Virus record (IMG/VR): IMGVR_UViG_3300035670_000102 | Coordinates: 1 to 64,000 of that record | Length of the DNA: 64,000 nucleotides | Reading direction: 5' to 3' (one strand) | Source of the DNA: a virus | Shown here: piece by piece, positions 34,501 through 44,649 of the stretch | How the letters are laid out: every line of letters starts with the position of its first letter | How positions within the stretch are numbered: position 1 is the first letter of the stretch | Made by a program: the position numbers and the translations under genes | The notes under the pieces: generated by a model | What the model was told of the DNA's origin: nothing | Database searches by the model: none | What the model saw: only the letters and a program-made list of their open reading frames with translations

Positions 34501-37500
34501 ATAGGATTAGCTCAAGTGAGAGGAACTGATACTTTGGATTTTAGACCAAGAGTAACTACATTTTCTGGATCAGAATCATCACCATTTGATTTTTCATCTA
34601 GAAATTTTTCCACAGCACCAAGAACAATTTTAAAACCAAATGAAAGTTCTATAGTAACATATGAATATTATTTGCCAAGAATTGATAAATTATATTTGGA
34701 TAAATTTGGTGGATTAATTGTTGATAGAGGAGTTTCTTCACCAAATCCAAAAGAACCAATAAAAGACGAAAATGTTTTAGAATTAGCTTCGATTTATTTA
34801 CCACCATATCTTTATAGTCCCAAAGATGCAAAAATAAATTTGGTGGATAATAGAAGATATACTATGAAAGATATTGGTAAAATTGAAGATAGAGTTGAAA
34901 ACTTAGAAAAAGTAACATCACTTTCTTTATTAGAGTTAAATACCCAATCTTTACAAATTAGAGATGCTGATGGATTTAATAGATTTAAAACTGGATTTTT
35001 TGTGGATGATTTTAAAACTACAAATTTTATCGATTTAAATGTATCTCTTTCCGAAGTAAATAGAAATACAAATCAATTAACACCATTAATTTCTAGAAAT
35101 AGTTTAAAAAGTCAACTTACTCCAGCATCAAATGTATCAATTTCAAATTTAGATTTATCAACAAATTATGAACTATTAGATAACAGAGTTCAAAAAACTG
35201 GTAGAGTTGTAACATTAAAATATACAGAAGTTGATTGGATTGAGCAACCATTTGCAACTAGAGTAGAAAATGTAAATCCTTTCCATGTAATAAATTATGC
35301 TGGTCAGGTTACATTAAATCCAGCTAGAGACAATTGGATTAGAACTATACAATTGCCAAACAGAATTTTAACTCATAACAATACTCTCAATCTTCAAATA
35401 AGAACTGAGACAAATAGAGTTAATTTGCAAAATATTGATAATAGATCTTCCGCTGGAACAAATTTAACAGGGAGACAAGTTACTGTAGCTGATACATTTA
35501 CAACTTTAAGTAGTAATACACAAACAACAACAAGAACAACTAGATCTAGTGACACAAGCACATCAGAAACTAGTGAAACTGCATTTATTACGAGTGAAAA
35601 TGAAACTTTTATAAGATCTAGAAATACCGAATTTGTAGCATCTAATCTAAAACCATATACTCGTTTTTATCAGTTTTTTGATGGAAGTAGTGCTGTTGAT
35701 TTTATACCAAAATTAATAGAAATATCTAGTGATTTAGATCTTATAAATTATGGATCTATCGGATCATTTCAAGTTGGTGAAACAGTTTTTGGATACTTTA
35801 ATAATCAAAATATTATAAGATTTAGAGTAGCTAGACCGGATCATAAATTTGGACCATTTAATAACCCTTCCACAAAATATGATGTTAATCCATATTTTAG
35901 AGACGAAGCTCTTTCTACATCTTATAGTTCATCATCTAAAATTTTAAATGTTGATACTTTTTCATTATGTGAAGAAGCTCAGGGAAGATTTTCTGGTTAT
36001 ATTTTACCAACTACAGTATTAATTGGTTCAACAAGCCAGGCAGTAGCTTACGTTAAAGATATTAGATTAATATCCGATAATTATGGAGACTTAATAGGTT
36101 CTTTCTTTATTAGAGATCCTAATACAACTCCACCACCTGCAATTAGAATAACTACTGGAAATAAAACATTTAAAATAACATCGAGTCAAACAAATGAATC
36201 GCAACAATTAGGTTCGACAGACATATCTTCAGCTCAAACTAACTATTTGTCTGAAGGAACTGTTCAGATGTATCAAGATATTATTAGAAGAAATACAGTT
36301 TCTGCGAATTTAGACCATTTTGAAACTATTAATACTACAACAATAACTGCAACAACACAGACTGCAGTATCACAATTTAATTTACCACCTGAAGAAGTAA
36401 ATTTCATAACAGAAATAACAAATAATATAACAAATGTTACTAATGTAACAAATAATAATATCACAAATATTATTCAACAACAAGCAGAAAGAGTGGATCC
36501 ATTAGCACAAACATTTGTAGTTGGTGCTAATATTGATGCCCCATCCAACCAAACATTTACTGAAGATGTTAACGGTGCTCACATAACTGCTGTAGATCTT
36601 TATTTTAGAAAGAAAGATCCTGGAAACAGCCCAGTTACTGTTCAAATAAGAACTGTTGAATTAGGGACCCCAACATTAACAGTTTTAGGTAATTCGGTAA
36701 CATTACGTCCAAATCAGGTTAATGTTTCTGAAGATGGTTTAACACCAACCAGATTTGAATTTGATTATCCAATATTACTACCACCCGGAAGAGAATATGC
36801 AATTGTTATTCTTGCACCAGAAAGTGATCAATATGAAGTATGGATTGCTGAAATGGGTGAAAAAACAGTTAGTACTGCATTTTTACCAGATTCAGAAAGT
36901 GTTCGTTACACAACTCAGTTTGCAATAGGAAGTTTATTTAAATCTCAAAATGGATCTATTTGGACTGCAAATCAATATCAAGATCTAAAATTTAAATTAC
37001 ATAAAGCAATTTTTACTTCATCTAGTGGAGTTGTATTTTTCCAAAATCCCGTTCTTGATAGAAGTAATGGATATATTAGAAGATTGATTAATAATCCAAT
37101 TACATCTTATCCAAGAAAAATTAATGTTGGTGTAACTACCATAACTGATAGTAGTTTAATTAACATATTAAAGCCAGGAAGAAAAGTTGGAGAGAATTTT
37201 AAAACATATAACTATGGCTATATTGTAGGAACTGGTTGTTCAGTATCTTCTTTAGAAGTTACTGATGGTGGAAAAAATTATGTTACAGACTCTTTAGTTT
37301 CAACCTATAACATTACTGGAAATGGTTCTGGTCTTACATTAAATATTACAGCATCCAATGGAGTTATTATTGGAACTCCAACAATAGTTAGTTATGGAAA
37401 TGGGTACGCTATTGGTGATGTTGTTGGAATTGTTACATCCACAGTATCATCTAATACTGGTGAAGGTGCAAAAATTACTATAACTGGAAATAATAATGGA

Positions 37501-39009
37501 ATTGACACTTTGTATTTAACTAATGTACAAGGTGATACTTTCAATGATGGGACAAGGTTGGTTTATTATGATAATTCCAACAATAGAATAACATTAGGAT
37601 CGACATATATTAGGGGAGACTCTACTCCTGTTGGTGGAATTTATGCTGGAAATGTTGTTAAGGTTGATCATTTTGATCATGGCATGTACGCAGATAACAA
37701 TAAAATTTCTATAAGTGATGTAGAATCAAATGTTGCACCAGTTACATTATCCACTGAATTAGGAATTACTGATACAATTATTAATGTTTCTACAGCAGAT
37801 ACTACAAATTTTGGAACATTTGAAGGTGGTCCTGTAAGTGCATTAAATCCAGGCTACTTAAAAATTAATAATGAAATAATCAAATATACCTCAGTTACAT
37901 CATCTTCTATTGAAGGTTTAACTAGAGGTCAAAATTCCACAATTCCAATTAAACACTCAGTTAATTCTTTACTGTATAAGTATGAACTTAATGGAATATC
38001 TTTGAGAAGAATTAATACAACACATGATATTAGTGATATTTCTAGTGATATTGATAGTTATTATTTGGAAATAGACTTACAAAATAATGGTCCAGATAGA
38101 AGATATGATGGTCTCATTGATGGCAATGGTGGAAATTACCCAAGAGCTGGATTTAATTTGGAATCTTCTGGTGGTGGAATAAATGCATATGCTTCAGAAA
38201 ATATAATTTATAATAGCATAATGCCAATGTATCAGATTATTAATCCAGGTTCTGCAACAAATGTCAGTGCTCAAATTAGAACTGTAAGTGGAACAAGTGT
38301 AAATGGAAATGAAATTTCTTTCCAAGATCAAGGTTATGAAGATGTCAAATTAAACAGTGAAAATTTATTATCATCGACTAGAATTGTTTGTTCCGAAGTT
38401 AATGAAGCAGAATTTCTTTCTGCTATGCCAAATAATAAATCTTTTATAACTGCAATAACTTTAAATACGAGAAACTATAACATATCCCCAATGATAATGT
38501 TAGACACATCATTTACTGAGTTTGTTTCGGCAAGATTAAATAAACCAATTGAAGATTATATTAATGACAATAGAGTAAATTCACTAACTGATGATCCCCA
38601 TTCAGCGATATATGTTTCCAACACCGTAAGGTTATCACAACCATCAAATACCTTAAAAGTGTTTATTTCTGCTTATAAGCACTCCTCTGCTGATTTTAGA
38701 GTTTTATATAGTTTATTAAGACCAAATTCAAGTGAAATTGACCAATCCTATGAACTTTTCCCAGGTTATCAAAATTTAACTATTGATAATAATCAAGATG
38801 GTTATCTTGATGTAATTGATGTGAACAAAAATAATGGTTTACCTGACATATTTGTTCCTGATAGTTTAGAAAATCAATTTTTAGAATATCAGTACACTGC
38901 AACGGATATAGGTCCATTTACTGGATTTAAAATTAAAATAGTAATGTCTGGAACTGATCAGGCAAATTATCCAAGATTCAAAGACATAAGAACAATTGCT
39001 TTGGCGTGA
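31534..39009 (+). CDS. VrlC-like / DUF4815 virion structural protein (2491 aa)
   Basis: NLNVSPYFDDF...VLFNPG..IQSRELNTLQS; APGADR; RTFDESGNY; DPLAQTF. Confidence 0.85.
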   Translation: MAQKTNLNVSPYFDDFNSDKNFYKVLFNPGRAIQSRELNTLQSILQNQIESFGSHIFKEGSIVIPGNISYDSKFYAVKLNPSNFNIDIGLYINNFIGKKIKGQVSGITASIQSVAFPNNDEIDYITIYVKYLDSNNDFINSTFTSGEGLVCTENVTYGNTTINAGTIFASLISDNPTFIGSSASINEGIVFVRGSFVKVSKQTLILDYYSNTPSYRVGLRVVEEIITAKDDSSLYDNAKGFTNYAAPGADRFKISLVLTKKPLNEYNTDTDFIELLRVKDGLIQKIETKSDYGIIKDYLAQRTFDESGNYTVVPFTISVNNSLNDRLGNDGLYFDTEETDERNKPNDDLMCIKISPGKAYVRGYDIEKTGTTIIDVKKPRDKQLISGIGLPFEMGNLIRVNNVTGCPTERLTIDLYNRRVDDSGSIKIGDARVYTFNLTDSRYVDDTTTWDLYLYDIQTYVRLTLNNTLSNTELVSTSYIVGKSSGASGYAVSSGNNSQIVNIRQVSGNFIVGEKILINGIEDTSRIIKSIQAFNSSDIKSVYQSGSPAFTADTVLSNTTPYGFNSQDQITITSGGTVTSPNKLFTGISTNSIIKYSISGFSTESYNRVTSVSNDGLSMTVVAIPNVNGVCVGSLPSSQISSRFSLGASSILNEENAYLYCKLPNSNIANVDLSDSNISFSAQSNISPTVSGNTLTVFPGDFNLPSGISTASFQAYDEKRYSIHYTDGTVETLSSDEVTILPTSVRFNGISNKTVHKINASFIKQGIQSKLKTYSRSKIIGVSLSKYQSSGTGISTSIYDGLNYNPYYGLRVQDEEICLNYPDVVKVLAVYESLDVNEPILDSISFSATVNVLSNAIIGENIVGKESNTVARVVRKPNEYPNNLEIVYLNSNRFSKNELVTFGESNIEAEIDSIIFGKYKDITNSFKLDKGQRDQYYDYSRLIRNRGESEPSRRLLIVFDHYEVSGSDNGDAFTVLSYNSDRFLKDIPNIGLAQVRGTDTLDFRPRVTTFSGSESSPFDFSSRNFSTAPRTILKPNESSIVTYEYYLPRIDKLYLDKFGGLIVDRGVSSPNPKEPIKDENVLELASIYLPPYLYSPKDAKINLVDNRRYTMKDIGKIEDRVENLEKVTSLSLLELNTQSLQIRDADGFNRFKTGFFVDDFKTTNFIDLNVSLSEVNRNTNQLTPLISRNSLKSQLTPASNVSISNLDLSTNYELLDNRVQKTGRVVTLKYTEVDWIEQPFATRVENVNPFHVINYAGQVTLNPARDNWIRTIQLPNRILTHNNTLNLQIRTETNRVNLQNIDNRSSAGTNLTGRQVTVADTFTTLSSNTQTTTRTTRSSDTSTSETSETAFITSENETFIRSRNTEFVASNLKPYTRFYQFFDGSSAVDFIPKLIEISSDLDLINYGSIGSFQVGETVFGYFNNQNIIRFRVARPDHKFGPFNNPSTKYDVNPYFRDEALSTSYSSSSKILNVDTFSLCEEAQGRFSGYILPTTVLIGSTSQAVAYVKDIRLISDNYGDLIGSFFIRDPNTTPPPAIRITTGNKTFKITSSQTNESQQLGSTDISSAQTNYLSEGTVQMYQDIIRRNTVSANLDHFETINTTTITATTQTAVSQFNLPPEEVNFITEITNNITNVTNVTNNNITNIIQQQAERVDPLAQTFVVGANIDAPSNQTFTEDVNGAHITAVDLYFRKKDPGNSPVTVQIRTVELGTPTLTVLGNSVTLRPNQVNVSEDGLTPTRFEFDYPILLPPGREYAIVILAPESDQYEVWIAEMGEKTVSTAFLPDSESVRYTTQFAIGSLFKSQNGSIWTANQYQDLKFKLHKAIFTSSSGVVFFQNPVLDRSNGYIRRLINNPITSYPRKINVGVTTITDSSLINILKPGRKVGENFKTYNYGYIVGTGCSVSSLEVTDGGKNYVTDSLVSTYNITGNGSGLTLNITASNGVIIGTPTIVSYGNGYAIGDVVGIVTSTVSSNTGEGAKITITGNNNGIDTLYLTNVQGDTFNDGTRLVYYDNSNNRITLGSTYIRGDSTPVGGIYAGNVVKVDHFDHGMYADNNKISISDVESNVAPVTLSTELGITDTIINVSTADTTNFGTFEGGPVSALNPGYLKINNEIIKYTSVTSSSIEGLTRGQNSTIPIKHSVNSLLYKYELNGISLRRINTTHDISDISSDIDSYYLEIDLQNNGPDRRYDGLIDGNGGNYPRAGFNLESSGGGINAYASENIIYNSIMPMYQIINPGSATNVSAQIRTVSGTSVNGNEISFQDQGYEDVKLNSENLLSSTRIVCSEVNEAEFLSAMPNNKSFITAITLNTRNYNISPMIMLDTSFTEFVSARLNKPIEDYINDNRVNSLTDDPHSAIYVSNTVRLSQPSNTLKVFISAYKHSSADFRVLYSLLRPNSSEIDQSYELFPGYQNLTIDNNQDGYLDVIDVNKNNGLPDIFVPDSLENQFLEYQYTATDIGPFTGFKIKIVMSGTDQANYPRFKDIRTIALA

Positions 39010-39209
39010 TGATACGAGTAGAAGGGCATTCAAATTTATTTCGTGATGAAAAAAGTGGAGCTATAATTAATACAGATACAGTTGGATATGAACAGTATTT
39101 GAATACTATCAATAATAGAATATCCCAAAGAAAGGAAATTGAGATTTTAAAACAAGATATTTCCGAAATTAAAAATTTATTAAAGGAGTTAATAAATGGA
39201 TCCAAATGA
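39006..39209 (+). CDS. Small coiled-coil protein following the VrlC-like gene
   Basis: VEGHSNLFRD..SGAIINTD...LKQDISEIKNLL. Confidence 0.8.
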   Translation: MMIRVEGHSNLFRDEKSGAIINTDTVGYEQYLNTINNRISQRKEIEILKQDISEIKNLLKELINGSK

Positions 39210-39381
39210 CATTGAATTGAAAAATATTGATAAACTTTTTGAATATGAAAAACATTCTAGATTTATTGATAATTTAGATGGTAGTGATGAATTAAAAAAT
39301 TTTGCAAAATTATATTGTAAGATGTATCTCCAACAACAGGAAGTTATTACTTTAATTGAATCTATTAGGATAAATAACTAA
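39196..39381 (+). CDS. nblA: NblA-like phycobilisome degradation adaptor (putative)
   Basis: FEYEKHSRFIDNLDGSDELKNFAKLYCKMYLQQ fits the picocyanobacterial NblA helix-loop-helix pattern FE.E...R.ID...E.L...AK.....(W/Y)..Q; AGGAG RBS. Confidence 0.5.
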   Translation: MDPNDIELKNIDKLFEYEKHSRFIDNLDGSDELKNFAKLYCKMYLQQQEVITLIESIRINN

Positions 39382-39399
39382 TCATAGATATTATCAATA

Positions 39400-40239
39400 A
39401 TGTCAAAGCCATCATCAAGACAAGAACTTATTGATTACTGCTTGCGACGTTTGGGAGCACCAGTTTTAGAAATTAATGTAGATGATGATCAAATTGATGA
39501 TTGTGTCGATGATGCTTTACAGTATTTTCATGAAAGGCATTTTGATGGTGTTGAAAGAATGTATCTTAAATACAAGATAACTCAGGCAGATATTGACAGA
39601 GGACAAGCAAGAAATACCTCAGGGCCGGGAATTGTTACAACTACTGGAACATCAACAATTGATGGTAATGCAACTAGTTTTAATTTTTATGAGACTGCGA
39701 ATTATATTCAAGTTCCAGATTCTGTAATTGGTATTGAGAAAGTTTTTAAATTTGATACTAGTTCAATTTCTGGTGGCATGTTCAGTATCAAATATCAGCT
39801 GTTCTTGAATGATCTTTATTATTTCAACTCAGTAGAACTTCTACAATATGCAATGGTAAAAAGTTACTTGGAAGATATTGACTTTTTACTCACAACTGAT
39901 AAACAAATTAGATTTAATAAAAGACAGAATAGAATGTATCTTGATATTGAATGGGGTGCTCAAAAAGCAGATTCATTTTTGGTTATCGATTGTTATAGAA
40001 TTTTGGATCCTAATGATTTTACTAAAGTTTGGAACGATAGTTTCATAAAAAGATATTTGACTGCTCTAATTAAAAAACAATGGGGCCAGAACCTAATTAA
40101 ATTTAGGGGTGTTAAGTTGCCTGGAGGAATTGAATTGAATGGTAGGGAAATATATGATGATGCAGAAAGAGAAATTGAAGATTTAAGATCAAAAATGGCA
40201 TTAGAATACGAACTTCCACCTTACGATTTTATTGGATAA
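39400..40239 (+). CDS. g13: Neck protein gp13
   Basis: SRQELIDYCLRRLGAPVLEINV...QWGQNLIKF.G..LPGG; GATAAATA late promoter at 39369. Confidence 0.95.
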   Translation: MSKPSSRQELIDYCLRRLGAPVLEINVDDDQIDDCVDDALQYFHERHFDGVERMYLKYKITQADIDRGQARNTSGPGIVTTTGTSTIDGNATSFNFYETANYIQVPDSVIGIEKVFKFDTSSISGGMFSIKYQLFLNDLYYFNSVELLQYAMVKSYLEDIDFLLTTDKQIRFNKRQNRMYLDIEWGAQKADSFLVIDCYRILDPNDFTKVWNDSFIKRYLTALIKKQWGQNLIKFRGVKLPGGIELNGREIYDDAEREIEDLRSKMALEYELPPYDFIG

Positions 40240-41672
40240 TGGCATTAAATCCTTTTTTTCAGCAAGGTTCTCCCAGTGAACAGCGATTATTACAACAACT
40301 TATAAATGAACAACTAAAAATATATGGAATAGAAGTTGCGTATATTCCTAGAAAATTTGTAAAGGTTGAAACTATAATAAGGGAAGTAACATCTTCAAAA
40401 TTTAATGACGCTTTTATGATAGAAGCTTATTTAAATACTTATGATGGTCATACTGGTGCTGGAGATATTCTTACAAAATTTGGAATGAGTTTAAAAGATG
40501 AGATGTCAATTATAATTTCAAGAGAAAGATTTGAAGATTTTATATCTCCATTTTTAGAATCTATGAGTGATGAAGAAATAACTGTTACAACAAGACCAAG
40601 AGAGGGAGACTTAATTTATTTTCCACTTGGAAAAAGATTATTTGAAGTTAAATTTGTTGAGCATGAAAAACCTTTTTACCAATTAGGAAATTTGTATGTG
40701 TATGAATTACAATGTGAACTCTTTGAATATGAAGATGAAGTTGGTGGATGGGAAGGACTTGATACAACAGTTAAGGAAATCGATAGTGTTTTAGCAGATC
40801 AAGGATACATAACATCTTTGGAACTTTTCCCAATTACATATCCTGCCCAAGTTAGTGGAAGTTATAGTGCTGAAACTGGCTATGTTAGAAAAATTATATT
40901 AAATGATGATGGATCTGGTTATACATCAAGACCAAACGTTGCTATTTCTTCAGCTCCTATAGGAGGAACAAATGCATCCGCAGTAGCTATTACTACTTGC
41001 AAAGGTGGAGTTTGCTCTATTAAAGAAATTCTTTTAACTGAAGTTGGATCCGGATATACCATAGCACCGTCAATAATTATTTCTGGTGGGGGTGGTGTAG
41101 GAGCATCAGCAACTTGTGAGATTGTAAACACACCAAATTATTTTGGTTTTAAATTTGGAAACATAACCAATGCCGGAAATGGATATGTTTCAAATCCAAT
41201 TGTGGCAATTGGTACAGCATCAAATTCTTTGGTTCCATCTTCAGATAGAAAGCAAGCATATGGTGTTGCAATTGTTGGAGCTGGAAGTTCGGTTGGAATT
41301 ATAACACAAGTTTTAATATCAGATGCTGGAATTGGATATACTTCTCAAGCACCAGTCAGCATAACTTCTCCTCCAGGATTAACTGGAATTGGTACATATA
41401 TTTTCAATGAAGTTATTACTGGACAAACATCAGGATCTAAGGCTAGAGTTAAAAGTTGGAATGATAGTACAAGTATTTTACAAGTTGGAATGACATCGGG
41501 AGAATTTTTTAAAGGTGAAACTATAGTTGGATCAGCTTCATCTGCTAGATATAGTATCAAAGTTGTTCAAGTTGCTACATCTTCTGATAAATATGAACAG
41601 AATGATGAGATCGAACAAGAAGCCGATTTAATTGTAGATTTTTCAGAGTCAAATCCGTTTGGTAATTACTAA
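40239..41672 (+). CDS. g14: Neck protein gp14
   Basis: EQRLLQQLINE...YIPR...KFG...RPREGDLIYFP...PFYQLG...DFSESNPFG. Confidence 0.95.
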   Translation: MALNPFFQQGSPSEQRLLQQLINEQLKIYGIEVAYIPRKFVKVETIIREVTSSKFNDAFMIEAYLNTYDGHTGAGDILTKFGMSLKDEMSIIISRERFEDFISPFLESMSDEEITVTTRPREGDLIYFPLGKRLFEVKFVEHEKPFYQLGNLYVYELQCELFEYEDEVGGWEGLDTTVKEIDSVLADQGYITSLELFPITYPAQVSGSYSAETGYVRKIILNDDGSGYTSRPNVAISSAPIGGTNASAVAITTCKGGVCSIKEILLTEVGSGYTIAPSIIISGGGGVGASATCEIVNTPNYFGFKFGNITNAGNGYVSNPIVAIGTASNSLVPSSDRKQAYGVAIVGAGSSVGIITQVLISDAGIGYTSQAPVSITSPPGLTGIGTYIFNEVITGQTSGSKARVKSWNDSTSILQVGMTSGEFFKGETIVGSASSARYSIKVVQVATSSDKYEQNDEIEQEADLIVDFSESNPFGNY

Positions 41673-42472
41673 TGTTAGGAACCTATTATTATCATCAAAT
41701 TATAAGAAAAACTATCATAGCTTTTGGAACCTTATTTAATCAAATTTACATTAAACATTTAGATTCCAATGAGAATGTATATAATGAGATGAGAGTTCCT
41801 TTATCTTATTCACCAACACAAAAGTTTTTAGCCCGTTTACAACAACAGTCAGAATTAAACAAACCCGTCCAAATAACATTACCAAGAATGTCTTTTGAGA
41901 TGGTTTCTATAACTTACGATGCAAGCAGAAAGGCGAATATAACTCAAACATTTAAAACTGTAGATCAGCAGGGAAATTTTAAAAAAGTATTTTTACCAGT
42001 TCCATATAATATTGGTTTTCAATTAAATATTTTTACAAAATTAAATGATGATGCTTTACAAATAATTGAGCAGATTTTACCATTTTTTCAACCAGCATTT
42101 AATCTTACCGTAGATCTTGTAGATTCTATTGGGGAAAAAAGAGATATACCAATTGTTCTCGATGATGTATCTTTTAAAGATGAGTATGAAGGTGATTTTT
42201 CTACTAGAAGAGCTTTAATATATACACTTACCTTTACAGCAAAAACGTATTTATTTGGACCTATAGTAAATAGTACAGATGGTCTAATCCGTAAAGTTCA
42301 AGTTGATATGTATAGCACTACGGATGTTCAAACTGCAAAAAGAGAAATGAGATATACCGTTGTTCCAGATCCAATAGATGCTAATCCCGAAGATGATTTT
42401 GGATTTAATGAAAATTGGGAACAGTTTGAAGATTCAAAAGTTTATAGTCCAACACAACAAAGTGATGTTTGA
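41672..42472 (+). CDS. g15: Tail sheath stabilizer/terminator gp15
   Basis: YH..IRK.IIAFGTLFN...LPRMSFE...QIIEQILPFFQP. Confidence 0.95.
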   Translation: MLGTYYYHQIIRKTIIAFGTLFNQIYIKHLDSNENVYNEMRVPLSYSPTQKFLARLQQQSELNKPVQITLPRMSFEMVSITYDASRKANITQTFKTVDQQGNFKKVFLPVPYNIGFQLNIFTKLNDDALQIIEQILPFFQPAFNLTVDLVDSIGEKRDIPIVLDDVSFKDEYEGDFSTRRALIYTLTFTAKTYLFGPIVNSTDGLIRKVQVDMYSTTDVQTAKREMRYTVVPDPIDANPEDDFGFNENWEQFEDSKVYSPTQQSDV

Positions 42473-42903
42473 TAACTATGAAAGAAAATTATGATTCAAT
42501 CAGTAAAGTTCTTAATGTTGAAAACGAAATTGTAGAGATTGATGTTCAGGATAAAGAAACAGTAATTAATTCCTTAAAGGATGAAGACATAAAAAAAGAT
42601 TATGAATACACTCGTGCAAATTTGTATTCTTTAATTGAAAAAGGACAAGAAGCAATAAATGGAATAATGGAGCTTGCTGGAGAGGGAGGTAGTCCAAGAG
42701 CATATGAAGTTGCAGGACAATTAATTAAAAATGTCGGTGATGTTACTGATAAACTCATAGATTTACAAAAAAAACTTAAAGAAGTTGAAGAAAATACTAC
42801 AAAGACTACTAATAATGTAACTAACAATGCGGTATTTGTTGGATCAACATCGGATCTTTCAAAATTACTTAAACAAGGTTTTCTAAATAATAAAGAGAAA
42901 TAA
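42469..42903 (+). CDS. g16: Terminase small subunit gp16
   Basis: DYEYTRANL...SPRAYEVAGQLIK...VFVGSTSDL. Confidence 0.93.
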   Translation: MITMKENYDSISKVLNVENEIVEIDVQDKETVINSLKDEDIKKDYEYTRANLYSLIEKGQEAINGIMELAGEGGSPRAYEVAGQLIKNVGDVTDKLIDLQKKLKEVEENTTKTTNNVTNNAVFVGSTSDLSKLLKQGFLNNKEK

Positions 42904-42914
42904 TACTTTTTTAA

Positions 42915-44648
42915 ATGATTTGGTCTGATAATTATAAAAGATCAATAGATTGTGATAATCCGAAAGGATTTTCTCAAAAAGCACATTGTGCAGCTCGCAA
43001 AAAAAAATTGAAAGATGTAAAAGAGCACTGTGGATGTGAAGATGATGCTGTTCAAGAACTTGAAGATAAATTGAAGACTTTGAATGATACTTCTTATGAT
43101 TCTATAGATAAAGTAATGCATCGTATTATGAAAAAGCACGATATGACTGCAAAACAATTGCATAATGCTTTTGTCGATAAACATCAAAAAACGCCAGATG
43201 ATTGGATTAATGAGGGAACTCTTCATCATTGGTTCAAAGGTTCAAAGTCAAAAGACGGAAAACCAGGTTGGGTTCAGGCAGATGGATCACCTTGCGCTAA
43301 CGAACCAGGAGAAACTAAAACACCAAAATGTTTTAGTAGTGGAAGACTAAAGGCACTAAAAAGAAAAGGTAAAAAAGGATTAGCACTTATCAAATCTGCA
43401 GTAAGAAGAAAAAGAAAAAAAGATAAAGGTCAACAAGCAAAGTCTGGTGGAGCAAGACCAACGATGGTCTCCACTTTTGCTAAAGGTAAAAAAGATCCCA
43501 ACTACGTCAAAGCAGAACCAGGAATCAAAGAATCAATGGAACTCAACGAAGCATCAAAAGACAAGCCAGGCAAAGGTAGTGGTAAAAAAGATGCCTGTTA
43601 CCATAAAGTAAGATCAAGATATGATGTTTGGCCAAGTGCATATGCATCTGGAGCACTTGTCAAATGTCGTAAAGTTGGTGCTGCAAATTGGGGAACTAAA
43701 TCGGAGGCCACGGAAATGATTAGATATTGTCCAAAATGTCAAAAAAATGAGGCTCGTTCAGAATGTAAGTATGGTCCAAAGTTTTGGGATATGTATTCGA
43801 TGCCAAGCATTTTACGCAAAGACTACGATCCAAATAAACCACATCCAGGTAATTTCCCAGAGTCATATGACCACGAATACTCTATGGCTCGTTCTGAAAT
43901 TTCTACCATTATTAAAGCTGCAAAAAGACTTCGTAAAAAAATGAAGGGTGAGGGTAATATTGAAGCATGGGTACAATCAAAAATTACAAAAGCGGCAGAT
44001 TATATTGATTCTGCGGCAGATTATGTTGATAGTGGAGAAATGAAAGAACAGGTTGCTGGTACTGATGCAATGTCAGATAAAAAACCTTTTGATATTGCTG
44101 TTGAAAAAATTATGAAGAGAAAGGATAAAATGACTCCAAGACAAAGAATCGTTGCTTTGAAACAAGCAGGAAAACTTCAAGGAATCGATGAACAACAAGT
44201 TGGCGGATCTGTAAAATTAAAATCTGGATCTGGTCTTGGTGGAGCAGTTATTTCATATCCAGAAGGTAAAGCACCTAAAAAGCATGGAGATAAAGAACCA
44301 AAACTTCCTGTTCTTCAGCAAGCACATTATAAACCAGAAAATGATCTAGTAGAATATTCAAATTGGAGAGCAGACTTTGGATTATCGGAAGATTGGCAAA
44401 AAGTCAATCGTAAAGATAAAACTGATGGTCTAAGTCAAGCAGCAGTTAATGCATATCGTCGTGAGAATCCAGGTTCAAAATTGCAAACTGCAGTAACTGA
44501 GAAGAAACCAAAAGGTAAAAGAGCAAAACGCCGTGCTAACTTCTGTCGTCGCATGAAAGGTATGAAGTCCAAACTAACTTCAACAAAAACTGCAAGAGAC
44601 CCAGATTCAAGAATCAACAAAGCACTTCGTCGTTGGAGATGTAACTAA
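42915..44648 (+). CDS. Basic multi-module protein (includes a DUF6321-like C-terminus); putative internal head polyprotein
   Basis: Chain of short modules (SIDCDNPKGFSQKAHC; DACYHKV..RY.VWPSAYASG; RR..FC.RM...PDSRINKALRRW) separated by hydrophobic-x-E; CTAAATA at 42883. Confidence 0.6.
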   Translation: MIWSDNYKRSIDCDNPKGFSQKAHCAARKKKLKDVKEHCGCEDDAVQELEDKLKTLNDTSYDSIDKVMHRIMKKHDMTAKQLHNAFVDKHQKTPDDWINEGTLHHWFKGSKSKDGKPGWVQADGSPCANEPGETKTPKCFSSGRLKALKRKGKKGLALIKSAVRRKRKKDKGQQAKSGGARPTMVSTFAKGKKDPNYVKAEPGIKESMELNEASKDKPGKGSGKKDACYHKVRSRYDVWPSAYASGALVKCRKVGAANWGTKSEATEMIRYCPKCQKNEARSECKYGPKFWDMYSMPSILRKDYDPNKPHPGNFPESYDHEYSMARSEISTIIKAAKRLRKKMKGEGNIEAWVQSKITKAADYIDSAADYVDSGEMKEQVAGTDAMSDKKPFDIAVEKIMKRKDKMTPRQRIVALKQAGKLQGIDEQQVGGSVKLKSGSGLGGAVISYPEGKAPKKHGDKEPKLPVLQQAHYKPENDLVEYSNWRADFGLSEDWQKVNRKDKTDGLSQAAVNAYRRENPGSKLQTAVTEKKPKGKRAKRRANFCRRMKGMKSKLTSTKTARDPDSRINKALRRWRCN

Positions 44649-44649
44649 A

